A stretch of DNA of 64,000 nucleotides from Trichoplax adhaerens (Eukaryota; Animalia; Placozoa). The stretch is from NCBI RefSeq assembly GCF_000150275.1, contig NW_002060947.1:2035740-2099739 (forward strand). Direction: 5' to 3'. Made by a program: the position numbers and the translations under genes. The notes under the pieces were generated by a model. The model had not been told where the DNA came from and did no database searches. It was given only the letters and a program-made list of their open reading frames with translations. Below, piece after piece: positions 1 through 14,100 of the stretch (positions within the stretch are counted from its first letter, which is position 1; each line of letters begins with the position of its first letter).

Positions 1-1485
1 TTCTATCATTACTTAAATAGTAGTTAACATTTAGATATTTTTGGTAGTAACTACTGGGCGTTAACAGTCGTTGCAAAGTAGGGCAGTGTTTATTCTACAG
101 TACGATATCTGATGCCGTGGAATTATGACCGTAAATATATTTCTTTCAAAATGCAAATTATCCCAATAGCTTGCGTCTATCCCATTCTAGAATAAAAGAT
201 GATTTTGTCCGTTTTCAATAAAAACTATAGTAATCTTAAATTTAAGCGCCATATTTTCAATTTCATGGACTAAATTCGGCATGAATATTTAAACATTTCG
301 TGACTTTAGTTTTACACCATTGACTAATAATCCTTTATTTCTGGCTTTAAAAATTTTGAATATACAACAAGAGATCCATTTTCTTCAATATGTTGAATTA
401 TTATTGCCATTAAGTTTATTAATTATATACAATAGCAGTCTTCATTCCTTTTTGTAGTGTAACTGTTGGTCGATACATGATATTGCGTAAGTGGATCTTT
501 CTGTGTTAAAATTGATAAACGTTACATATACTTCTAGCAGTTTTTTTTAAATATTCATTAACTGTATGAAAGGCCACTTTTTTCTACGATAATTTATCAT
601 TCAAATATACGTTATAAAAAATTCGATTTACCTGTAGATACTCATAAGCTGCATCTAATTTTAGTACAAGTACATTATTATGCAAAATTATTTTCTATAA
701 TTTCTTACACAGTGAATAAAAACATTCTATTGATGTCGTTATTCCTATACTAATACTGAAATTGATAAGTAATCTATGACTTTGTATAGTATACCATATG
801 CTTTTATTTCACCTTATTTTATTAAATGACTACAATCATGCTTTATCATTGAAACTACATAACAAATTCATGGTAGGATATGCAATAGTTTGGGACAATT
901 TTAAAACTTAATTGGCATTTTATAAGCAGATTTTAAACGTCCGTGTAGAGCCTACTTTAAATCATTCCAAGCCATATAAATTACTGATTTTTCCTGCATT
1001 AATCATACTAGATAAGTTATCACTTCATGTGAATAAAAGGATGAAAACTTTCTATTTCGCAGAATTATTTATTTTCTAAAGTAATTGGAGTGACCTTCTT
1101 TCTTGTAATCTATCTATCCAACATATTAATATTATCATATGCTGTTATTTAATGAACTTTCAAGAGACTCGGCTAAACAAACAAGAAATGATCTAAACGC
1201 TATCATTGAAAGATAGAAGTTTGTGGTCAACTCCCATGTAGTAGATTAGATAATCAGTATCATTCGTGTGAGCTAATCTAATTCTCTCAATCAATCTTTC
1301 TAATCATATCTGTTATTAGTATCTCTTGTTATTTTATACGACCTTTATCGTTATACTTTTTATCGACCTTGACCTTGATATCATAAATTTATTTCAATCC
1401 TATATTACCTACACGAGGTCTTAGAATTAATTAAACATAATTCAACTAATTAAAGACAATTTTTTAAATATTATTTCATGATTAG

Positions 1486-2196
1486 ACTGATGGTAATCCT
1501 TATTTAAAACGTCCTGAGCAACATGGCCCTGGACCTATCAGGACATTACAATTTGATCAATTTCGCGGGCCTGATCATTCCAAGCATGATCGACGACATA
1601 TGCCTTGCCATTTCACTACCGATCAATTTCAAGCTCAACTAGGTGCAACATTTAAAGATTCAGCTCTACATAACATGGTACATCATAGCCTCCTTGATCC
1701 TATGCGTAATGATGGCGCTTCCAATATGATTTCCATGCAAAACGACTCCCAACAATCGGATATCGAAAATGAGCGTTTGGGATTGGAATTGTTCGCTGAA
1801 AATTTCAAACAACGACGGACTAAACTGGGGGTAACACAAGCCGATGTAGGCGCTGCTTTAGGTAATTTAAAAATTGCTGGAGTCGGTTGCTTAAGTCAAT
1901 CAACTATTTGTCGCTTCGAATCGTTGACATTAAGTCATAACAATATGATGGCATTAAAACCAGTCTTGGCTGCATGGCTAGAGAAAGCAGAAGAAGTTTA
2001 TAAATCCAAGCAAATGAGCGGTAACTGCGACAATACTATTATACCTCAAAGAAGTGATAAAAAACGTAAAAGAACTTCTATCGCAGCTATGGAAAAGAGG
2101 GCATTAGAAGCTTATTTCGCCATTGAACCTCGACCATCCAGTGAAAAAATTGCCATCATTGCGGAAAAACTAGACTTACAAAAGAATGTTGTCCGT
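1486..2196 (+). CDS. POU4: POU class 4 (Brn3/acj6/unc-86) homeobox transcription factor, main exon; 5' exon not located and homeodomain helix 3 missing
   Basis: POU-specific domain LELFAENFKQRRTKLGVTQADVGAALGNLKIAGVGCLSQSTICRFESLTLSHNNMMALKPVLAAWLE and homeodomain DKKRKRTSIAAMEKRALEAYFAIEPRPSSEKIAIIAEKLDLQKNVVR are diagnostic of class IV. The frame stays open upstream of ATG 1600 to an acceptor ttag| at 1485/1486. Similarity stops after KNVVR (no VWFCNQRQK). Confidence 0.93.
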
Positions 2197-5100
2197 GAGA
2201 TGAATTTTTTTCTGGATTTATACCAGTATGAACTTTTCAGACTTTCTATCCTGTTCGTCTTAATNTAAGAATCTTCTCTAACGTAATCTATATTAAAATA
2301 ACGTGCTAGAATAATATATAATGTCAAGTACAAGGAAAAACTTTAGCTACTGCATGTATCTGTGAAAGAATAAGGGAATATTAGATTTGCTAGTTGTACA
2401 GCACTATTAATGATATCAATCAAATGCTGGGTATTGATTTGCGATAGTCCATTAGTATAATTGTATCGTAAAATAGATAATTAACGATCTAATGATATAT
2501 TAGACGACACATTCATTCTTCACTATGTTGTATTTTTTATTCTAGTTATGGTAAATACAAACATTTGTGAAGCTGGAAAAATAACTTTTAACATCTAATA
2601 AATCTTATCCGAAATTATTAAAATAAACAGTACTATGGTATTACATAAAATAAAAATAATCATTTGATTCGAACAAAATTAGGAAATATCTTTAAGCATC
2701 CGTCAGAAGATTACCCTTTCCGTTGAATATGATCCCTCCTTTACCTGAACTAGTAACATCAACTCAATCAAAATATCAATTCTCTTTAATTCAAATTAGT
2801 GCAGAGCTAACTAAATTTAATACTCGTCTGTTAGTTATCATTTATTACATCTAGTATTGCTGTTCCAAGAACATTATTTGTGGTATAGCTTATGGAATAC
2901 TGTAAATTTAGCACTTAAAGTAATAGAGGACCAAGTAGACAGTAATTTTTGCAATAATGTACAAGTATTTTATTTCAACGATTACATGAGGACCTCCATT
3001 CTCTGTTGTACATGAATATGACGAGTTTCTCCTTAAAAATATGGATCTAGTTTACAAAATATCCTAAAACAACGATAATTTACTATTTCAAGTAGCCTAA
3101 ATTCTTTTATAATAGTATGTGTTGTTACTCGTTAAACTATAGCTACTCTATCATTTCATCCCAATAAGCTTTTAGATTTTTCTAATCCAATTACTCTTTG
3201 CCTGCAGCACCAGGTTGTGATAATTTTAGCCTAAATTATTGATTTTTATAGACTTTATACAAATCTTGAAATTTTATTTCAGCTCTTGCATGTGTATTAC
3301 CAATCACGATCTCCAGTATCTTAATTTTTCAATAGTTAAGCTTGTTAATCAATTTCCGATAAATTTATTGCAGCTATTAGATTTTATAAAATTTCCAAAA
3401 CTGATTTTGAATCTCAACAAATATACTGTGCTTTAAAGCTCTGCCATCTTCATTTTTCGATACCTTTCACATAGGAATGATCACTTTTCTATGCTGATAC
3501 AATATTAAGTATTGCACTAACATTACTAGACGGTAAAATTTTATTGCTTTTTTCATTGCATTAATAGTTTCTTTACATCATGCATCTCTATGGTTAAGAA
3601 GTAATATAATTCAGCTAATCAAACATATAAAACCTGGTGACCTACATATTTGGAGTAATGATCCTGCAAGCTAATTTTATTTATTGTTTATGTTACTGTA
3701 TCGAAATCTAAATACTGATGGTATCACATAAGCTTAAATAATTAATTCGTAAAATTTGGAGATAATTTTATCCAGCTGTTTCATCATATTTATTCTCCGT
3801 TTAATAATCCCCAGAAAAAATGGAAAAACTACCATTTATTTGGGCATTAACCACTACTATTGCATTATAACGCAATAAAATTAATAGGTGTGTGAATCGC
3901 GATATACATGCGAAGGCTAACTTATCCTAAAGCTGATCGTTAATAAACTACATTTTTATCTTATCAAAAATGCATTTATTCGCCATCAAATTTTAATATG
4001 GCAACAAGGATCAGTCTAGTCGATGGCCTTTGAAAAATCCTCAGTAAAATTGTTTATGTATACTTATTAATACTCATTCCATTGTTATTCATCGTTTAAG
4101 TGCAAGAATTATTTCACTTTTATTTGGTAGAGATTCTATGCAATCGTTGCCCAATAGTAGAACACATTTTACTAAATGGCATTAAATAATTTTGCTTTTA
4201 ATTATAATTTATCCCTAGTTAGGTATGCTTACAGTGTTGAGCTTTCGTTTTTCTTAACCTTTACACTACCAGTATGTCTTGGTACAGACCACTGTCTAAG
4301 TTAATTGTCTTTAATACTTAAGCTAAGATTATCAAAAGGGTTATTTATGAGTCATTGCAACCACTTTTTTCTGTACAAATATCACCTCATAAGCTGGAAT
4401 AGACTGGCATCTCATTCAAGTGAGCAATATTTGCATGTTAAATTATAAAAAAGTTTCAATTTAATAGTTCTTAAAATCGATATTCGTCTTAAATCAGTTA
4501 CTTCTAGAATGAACGGCAGCTTTTATCCTTTTTTCGTTGATAAGATTGCTATTCGCCTTTCTAATGTGGTTATCCAAACAACAAATTAATATATTCGAAA
4601 CGAAAACTTACTCTAAGATCTATATTAACAGCGATACATCGGACATCTATTGTCGCAATGGCTACGGCTTAGTTTAATTTGAATAGGTAGAGATATTATA
4701 AAATAAAACCACATGAGAAATATTTTATATATGACATCGCTACAAATATTTATGTTAATAACGGGTATTTAAATTTACTGAGTTAAACCATGGCTAATTA
4801 ATTATACTTTATATACTATTAATTTTTAAGGTTATTCTCGTAACTTGATGGTTATATTTAATTGTTGCCCAGATATCCTAGGAGTAGATACGAAAATTGA
4901 AAAGCATGCAATGGCTCGACATTTATAGCATTGATGATTCGAGTGCTCTCATAACTGCTGTTGAGTAAACATTTAATTAAATTTATAATCCTTCTTTTGA
5001 TATCGTGCTACCATATTTTGATCCAGGTTTTTTCATTTTCTCAATCATTTCCAGTTTATTCTTAATTTTAATCCTTCCATTGAAATAAATTAGCGAAATC

Positions 5101-8100
5101 GTAAGTTCTGAGTAAATTTTACAAAACATTAGAAGATTTTTTATATAATTAATATTTAAAATCAATTTATAACCAATAATTTAAGTAATATTTGGTAGTA
5201 TGTTACTATTTTAATTTAGCTATTAAAATTCGTCGATGATTGAAACCAAATAATTTTGCTATCATTATGTAATATTATAAAGCTTGAAAATCATCCCATA
5301 ATTCCAAATATTTCCTGTTTGCATTGCTTTAAAGCACTAAGCATCAAACAAATATCGTTGCTATTGGATTAAAATTAAATGTAATTGAAATCTGGATTAC
5401 ATTTTTTATTTCTACTTATGACATTATACAAATAGGGTTGGTTATAGATGATATTTCAAATAATAATATAGGATACACTTCCTTTCTTCTGAAGACGATT
5501 CATAATTATTTTTAGATTACAATATATTGAATAGTGACACCTTAAGTCCTATAATTACTAGAGTATACGCGTATATATATACATACATAATCGGTCCATA
5601 TTATGTCTTCGCCAATTTCGTATGGTGTATTTTTAGTTGAGAAATTTCAAATTGTCTAGACAGATAAATGTTTGAATATTAAAATTCTAACAAGCTACGT
5701 GTCTGTCAGCAAATATTAATCTATCAACTGCTATAAAATATTATTCAGAGGTACTCTTTTCCCTAATATTACTCGTCTGTAATTCATAGAAAAGCTTTAT
5801 CCATAAACTATAACTTCACTTTTACTTCTTGTATTACCATCCAACACCTATTATCTTATGGTGTAGTTTTCAATTTTAATAATTAAGAATATGACTGTAG
5901 TAAATATATTGAAATTGAGTAGACTGACTATAAACAATAAAAGGTAATAACGCTTTACATTAAATTTTAATATGGTCAACATTGTCCGGGATCTGAACGT
6001 AATTTTTCAAAAATATTATATTGTATACGTACTTCACTTTATAGTATTGGCCATTGGACCTATCACACAACGAAAATAGCAATATATAAAAATAAGAAAA
6101 CTGATTACAACCTAAGAAGTATGGTAAAATTTGGGTTTTTTAAAATATTCGATATTCGATATGCCTTTTCGTAAGTTAAAAATGATCAGCAAAATCTAAC
6201 CGGATTAGATGACTAAAAACATGCTTTACAGCAGAATAGATATCCACATGATTCCCAGTAAGGTTAACTTAAGAATTGTCTTTACTTTGCACTAACGTCT
6301 TTATTTTTAAATTAAATCATTCTATACGCGAATTGGGCGATAATTAATTAGATATGTACAAAGCTTACTAGCCGGGTTATTTCTAATTGCGGCAAACGTC
6401 ACATTGTATCTTTTAACCATGAAGATTAGGCTACATTAAGATCTAATTTCAATTTTGACTATAATAGTAATTAACATATATCAAATTGTTTTCTTAGCTA
6501 TAGCTTAGCTTCAATATTATCTACATAAATTCTAATAAACGTTCCTAACTTCGTTATATTTAAGTGCATGAGGTTATATAAGATTTATTCGAATTTAGAA
6601 GCATTTAGTAATATCAACTGAGCTACAGTAGCCTTTTACTGTCCATTTTTGACAGTAAAGTTGTTGAAACTGTAGTATTAGACGTTTGATTGTATTAGGT
6701 GCATTAATAAAAAGCATAAGTACCGAAGCGGCTCTAGTTGTATAGATCTAATATGATTGTAGAATACTATCAATACTGCATTAAAATCATTTATTTAAGG
6801 ATTAGATATAACAATGTTATATAATATATAACCATCAAGTTATGATTATGATAGAATCTCATTTATTTTTAACTAATACTATTATTATTTAATGAAATTG
6901 GCAAATTCACAAATTTTACCTATATCTATAGCTTTAGTGTTGAATACTATTTCTGTACAGATGTAATACTATTTGAGCACTACCTATGCAGGCAGGAATT
7001 AGATGTAATGCAAGAGCGGATATACCATTCTATTACATCTATTTCTTATCGTTACTGTTTCATTTTTCTTATCATTTTTTTGTGGACTGAAAATGATGCT
7101 ATTGATAGCGAAAATCGCAATTTAGCGTCTATTTTGAGTAATGTTAGCAAATGTTAGCAATAGATTCACTAATTATGATAGAGCGGAGCATAAGTTGGCT
7201 GCAAAGTAAACTACTGTTTTACGTACGATTACCGGACATAAAGCCAGGCAAGGAAAAATTGTTGATGAAGATATTAAATTTGCCAGCTGTGCTAATAGAT
7301 GATTTTACGCTACCGATTGGCGATCATGTAGTCATGCTCCGTTTATTTTTTCTCCCTCCTTCATTTTGTTATTAGTTCATTTATCGGAAAAAATATTGTA
7401 TTATTTGTGCATGTGACATCGTCAACGATCAATGTCTGATAGATAAATATTGGTGAATTCTTATATCTCCACCAGTATGTTGATATGTATCAGATTAACC
7501 CACAAGATTAAAACAGAACAATAATAAAGATTAATCCATAATTGGATTGGTGATGAGCTGAAATTATTGTTGAGTCTTAATTGTTCTTCATGGATATTAC
7601 AGAAGTGCCATGTGTCTTGTCAATTTCCTACATCTTTTGTTCAATTATAACGGTATTATAATCTGTGTACCACCCACTTCGAATAGATAAAAAATATTTG
7701 ACATCATTTCTCAAATACATTTAGATTACTATTTTTCAACTAATCGGGTGTCTTAATCGTAGATCCTTTCATCAATCTGATAAATAAAGTACCAGACATT
7801 ATCATTTTCACCTGTTCGTTTAATAAATAATAAAAATTGGCCAAATACGAATTCTACAGCTACAACGGAGAGTCGAAAAGTGAAATTAATTTAAAAAATT
7901 AAGACTATTATTTCATTTTAGTATATAGAGTATTTCTAAATAGGAGAAACATTTATAACATTACTAACAGTTTAGCTAGATTGATATTTGTAAAACAAAT
8001 GAAACAATTGGAGTCCATATTCATCATATTAAGTACATATCTTAAACGATAACAACCAAAAGTGAGAACTTCAATATTGCTATATTAGAATGTACAATAT

Positions 8101-11100
8101 ACTACAATACGACTGCTATAAAAGCATAATTGTAGGTGATTTTATCTGCTCTAATTCTCCTTACTAATTCGAAAAAGTATCTGCAAGCTAAAAACTAACT
8201 ATGCGACGATACTCAATGAAATAATTTGAAAAGTAAACATAAGGTTTATGATATCTTTACCATGATATATTTCCTCTGCTCTTTCATCACTTATCAACAT
8301 TGACTTCAAACACATTAACTACATAAAAATTCGAATTATGATTGTAACGAATATGATCATCCTATTATCGAAATGATAAAGAAATCTTTTCGATATTCAT
8401 ATTACTCTTCAAATCGAAAGTAGTAGTGATCATGATGCACAGGTTACAACGATGCTAAAAGCCATTAGAATGCCATCTGCAGTAGTAAAAAGTTCAAACT
8501 ATCAACCGTCACAGTCAACTATAACATAAACACAAAATTAAAAAGGATGTAATTAATATCCGCTTCAAATCTATTTGCTAAATACTCTAGATAGAATAAA
8601 TAATCTTGTTCATAGATCGCTTTCAAGTAAAGCCAGTTAACTAGTACTGCGATTAGTATCTCCTTTATTACTCGTATAAAAAATTGATATTACTCAAATT
8701 GAAACTGATTCCCACTGACATTTTTGCTGTAATTATTGTTAATTTACTTCATGTCGATAAAAAATTTATTACCTTACTACTATCACCTACTTATTGTACT
8801 AGTAATACTGAATAATATTTCTTATTGCGATTTCTTTACAGCTAGATGTTCGAATTATTGCTTTATGGAAGCAATATTATCGATCTAAGAGACGTATTCT
8901 CTAAGTATTACATCGATATAGCAATTTCGACTTTGAAAGTTAAAGCTCTACCAAATTAGAGCTTACGTATTCTAATAACTATGTATATACAATAGTAAAA
9001 GGGCATATAAAATAAGATTAGTCTCTAATTAAGTTTATTTAATCGGCAGAATTGCTCTTCACGCTTTGAAAGCCAGCTCACGAATACATGAATGTAAGTT
9101 ATTCTTAAACGATTTAATTCCAACAATCATTAAATAATATAGCTATTTTTCATTTTCAGGTGAAGTCTAGGAAATTGCATGTAACCAAATAGAACTTAAA
9201 GTAAATCAAAAGCTTAGGTAGTGCTATGGCTGCTATCAAATTCAAGACACTTTTTGAGAGATCTAACTTTAGAGATTACAAATGCCAATTTACTAGAAGA
9301 TTATTAATTAAGTAGCCACACTTATATAGTTTTACCTTGTTCCTATGAAAAATTGATCAATTGCCATTAAAATTAATGTTATCATCAGAGTACTATTTGC
9401 TCTCATCCTTGTATATGATTAAAAATTGATCAAATTACTACAGGTTATGCAACTAATTAATCAGGCTATTCTGACATGTGTAACTTTAACGTAAAGATTA
9501 TGTAAAAGTTATCATTACATGAATTCAAGAATTACTTTTATCGTTGACAGACCTTTATTATTAGAGAGTAAAAGCATCATGTTACTGATGTTAATGCTTT
9601 CTGCGAGTTCATATTTTCAATATAAATATAACATCATAGTATGCTAGTAGAAGACTAAGCGAAGAAGTAATGTTATTTTGTCTAAGGATTAGAGAAATTA
9701 GAAGATAAAAAACAAAAATTTTGACCTAATCAAAATGGATTCAAAGAAAAATTTTAATATTATTCTTAAATCTCATTTTAAGAGTAAGTACTTTAAATGT
9801 TCAATAGCACGTATACTTGTTATATATCAATATTCATCAGTTAGACTGCTACCGTAGTGTACAACATATTTAAAATCCTGATCGGATACATACTAGGCTA
9901 ATTGGCTGTTTCAGCCCATCACAGCGTGTCTTTTTCTTAATTAACTTTTTGATATTCTTTATCTATCCCTTCTTGTAACTAACGATTTATGTTACAAGGA
10001 TCGTATAAATGCTTCTAACACAGTATCCTAGAGCCCACTTAAAAGTAATTTTGGTAGTTTGCTACAATTTTTAGTATGTATGTTCAACAAATGGAGATTC
10101 TAACTCGTATGAAAGCGTATTCACGTCTGATATTTACTCCTGGTCAGTTCAAATTCACTCTAATATTATCCTTTACACAAGTTGACTCTTTTATCCACTA
10201 CAGTAACGGCGAATGGCCTTATATTATCTTTTTAGTTATCGCTATAGCTAAAAAAAAACAGAAGAAAGTAATAGCCGCTGTTTTGTTGATTGCAATTGAA
10301 ATACCATATACGGTACAGAAGTAGTACAATTCAAAATAAGATGATCAACAATTTTCTTTCTCGATTAATTTAGGAATAGCTGTACTTTTCCCGGGCGTTG
10401 AACACGAAAATTTAGGACTGTTATTATGCTTTAGTTGAAAATTAAAGTAAAGGAAGCAATAGATATTGTGATGAAGCTAATTCTTAGGGTCCACAATAAG
10501 CTAGGCTGACTGGATTCATGAAACTAAACCGCAAGTGTATCTACTGTACATTACAACAAACAGCCAACAAGAATCCTCTATCTTCTGGATGCACTTGTTT
10601 TCAAACTCTAGCACTAGGCCGATTAAGTAGTGGTATAAATATCATTATCACGCTAATGCATGCATCTACGCTTTCATCCGTTAAGCACAGGAATTGAAAT
10701 TACTGTATCCCATCATTTTACGAGTAACTAATCATGTTCAAGCACACCAACATTGCATCTTACAGTAGGATATATTAGTATTTTCGATACTAATTAAGAA
10801 CTCAATTACAAAACTAAACTCAAGGCACTACATTAGCCATAGTTTTTCATTGTCCAGTTACACTTGAAATATAGTCTAAAGCTTGCTCTAAAATTGGTTC
10901 TCGTAGTCAATGATATTCACCTAGAATGATTTGGTGAGTGTTTTATTTTGTGCCAGACATCGATTTACGAGTAGATACTAAAATAAAAAATTTCTATTGT
11001 CGCCCTAAGCGATTATTCAGGAAACAATAGCCCTAGTTTTTGTCAATTAATTGTACTTGAAATGCAGAAAATGATGTATTTTAAAATAAGTTGCTGTAGT

Positions 11101-14100
11101 CAATAGTCTTCTTCAAGATCAATATGGCGACCGCGATGGTTTAGGTAAGAAATCGATTTGGAAGCTGAAATTCAGGAAAGTCATTATAGCTAAAATTATC
11201 GTGAAAGGAATGGCAACGGTTTTAACTTAGTCAGTAATAATTAATTATAAATTGTAGTTAAAGTACATTACATGACATTCTCCTGGACTAATCGGATTGT
11301 TTTATTTCATGCCAGGCATCTGTTTACATACTGGAATTGAGAATTATAAAAGTATAGCTAAGAAGTGCACATGGGGAATATATTAGTAGTAGTTTTTATT
11401 AACGAATTCCTAATGATTTATATCGCTATGTGATAGTATGCATTAAAATTAATCAGCGATATTCTATTAGAGTATTAATACAGTGTATAAATAGCTTTAA
11501 TTTACACTAGATATTCATCGCGGCAGATGTATAGAGATATTCCATTGCACAAAAGTTATGAGTTCACAATCTATCTGCAGCATGACGAGGGTGTAGGAAT
11601 TAAAGCAGATAATTAAGATAATACAGAAATTCCCGTACTTTCTAATACCCAAGAGAATATATTTAAAAATTTCACTTATAGAATCACAGAATGTCATGTT
11701 TAAACCACTCATTTGTCACCAATTTATTCCAATCTTGAAAATATAGCAACTGTACAGTATAGTCGATTTCTTACGATTCCGATCCACGACACTTTTTCAA
11801 AGCCGTAATATAAACGTGTAGTTAGCTATACATACATCCGCGCATAAATAATATTGTTGAAAATTGCTTTACTTACGAATTATATATCTGGTATATTATT
11901 TAAGCTGAAATCTACAGAATCCCATAATTTACGATGCGACATCGTTAATATAGTTAGATATACGTTATATTGGATAATCGTATCGTATCTAATGCCTTAA
12001 AAAAAGATAAAAACTCTCAGTGATATAGCTAAATGATCATGGTATCATATCCGGCTAAGTTATATAATTAACAACAAACGCATGATAGACAGATTATTAG
12101 AGAAGTTAGTGTTACTTAGATAGCTTAAGCAGGTGGATGAATATAGGGATATCATAATAAGTCAATTATGTATATTATATGCATTAGTAGAGTACAGCAA
12201 TGAGGAAATAAATCATGCAGTAAAAGTATCTTGACAAAGCCTCTTCGTTGGGTTACAATATCTACGATTTATTTTCGACATCAAAACTCAATCCCATAGC
12301 CTAGAATTACAATGTTTTATATAATATACCCATATTAATGGTTGATAGTCGATATGTGAAGTTACTTTAGCCCCGTCAGGCAAGATTTAAATGATTTAAG
12401 AGACCAAATAATGGCGATACACTCTATTATAACCGTCATTAATTAGTTTCATACTGCAAGCAATTGCATAAGATAGGTCTAAACTCTCTTTCAAAGCCAC
12501 AGAATTTTTATTGTTAATATTTTATCATTATGCTAAATGTAATACTTATGCGTCTTCTGTGTGCACTGGATTGTCACAAATTTGCTTTGTGATCAACTTT
12601 ACTGTCTACTAGACTACTTATTCCTTGCTCCACCTCAACTGGAGATCTGATGTGCAGTAGTACTGTATTATCTACTGTTACACAAGAATAAGACTGTTCT
12701 AAAAGACTAGAATGGTTTATTAGCAGAGTAACCGTGTGCCATTCATTATACTAAATAATAGCAAACTTTCGGACTGAGTTTTTGCTCGCCTCGCCCTTTT
12801 ATATCCTTCCAGGCAAATTACAGTGCAGATATAATGATTTTATTTTATAATTATTTCACTCTTATAAGATTTATATGATTAAATAACCGACAAAATGGAA
12901 GACAGAAATATCGCTTCAGCAAGTTGTGGTATACGAGTACTTTCTTATAACTAGCATACTCAAGGCAAGATTTATCTTTGATTTTACAAGATTCCATTTC
13001 ATTATACAATGATGACTGACGCTTCATAGATCGCTATTGCGCTTATAATTAATTTCATTAATGTTGATTAAAATAATTAATGACCATTTACTCATATAAG
13101 CAAAAATTAAATATTTGAGGTATTCAGAATGTGTGGCCGAGACAGTATACGTAGTTAAAGGGAATATGCGTTCTTATTTGAAAATGCAACTATATATTTC
13201 ATATCATTACCGATCTAAGCCTGTAAATCGTGCCGTAATAGGAATACTGATAATAAATCGAATTTCAGTTTAAAGTTCAGAAATAATTCACTATTTCTAC
13301 TACTTTACTGTAAATAAGACCAAGGTTTGAAATATGGCGTACTTAAGAGGTGATCACACAGATAATATTCCATTAGCCTGGTAACGATGATTATATATAT
13401 ATTTAAATTATTCTATTTCCAAACGAATATTATAATAAGATGTCAACACAATTACCATCTGATGATAGAATCAAGCAGAACTGAAAGAATCATAGATTAA
13501 TGTTTAACTATCCATATTATTCTATATTCTTACCTCACCGTATATTTAACTTTTACTCTCTTCATTTATTACATTATTGCCTTTTTAATCTTTCATACTC
13601 ATTATTAGTGTTGTTTCGCATTAAATTTTATTCTGTACAATAAAGAACTAGCGACTGAAGATTTTCGGATAGCCATCTTTTTAATTTTTAAATTTAGCTT
13701 ACATGAGGCAATTAGCAGTACGTATGTATAATTTCAAGCCGCGTGTAGATATTTTAATTTCAAGAAATGTACGACAACTTGACTGTGGTATTGGTATCCT
13801 TTAATGGCAATGTAATAAGAAATTCATACCTATGAATAGTTTTTCCTACAGCCTTGATATTTGTACTTTAATTAGATTAATACTCGTATTTCCAAAAATT
13901 TTGCAAAATTGCTGAACTGTGTTTACATATTATTAATCTGTTCCAGTAAAATACAAGTTAAATCTTCTCCAGCAATTTTACTTAACAGTTTATTTCTATT
14001 ACTTGATTTTTCAGAAATTTATGAGCTAATCTTAAATTGTCATCTATTATAACATAGTTCATGTATTTGAGGAAAAAATCATTCTACTTTAGTACCTTAT

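Noticed and set aside
660-1460. POU4 autoregulatory TAATT/ATGCA-type sites
   Set aside because: Such words are too frequent in DNA this AT-rich to call without statistics.
11100-11150. Possible micro-exon (NSLLQDQYGDRDGL|gtaag) in the gene desert
   Set aside because: It is isolated, with no partner exons or homology, and is expected by chance in 16 kb.
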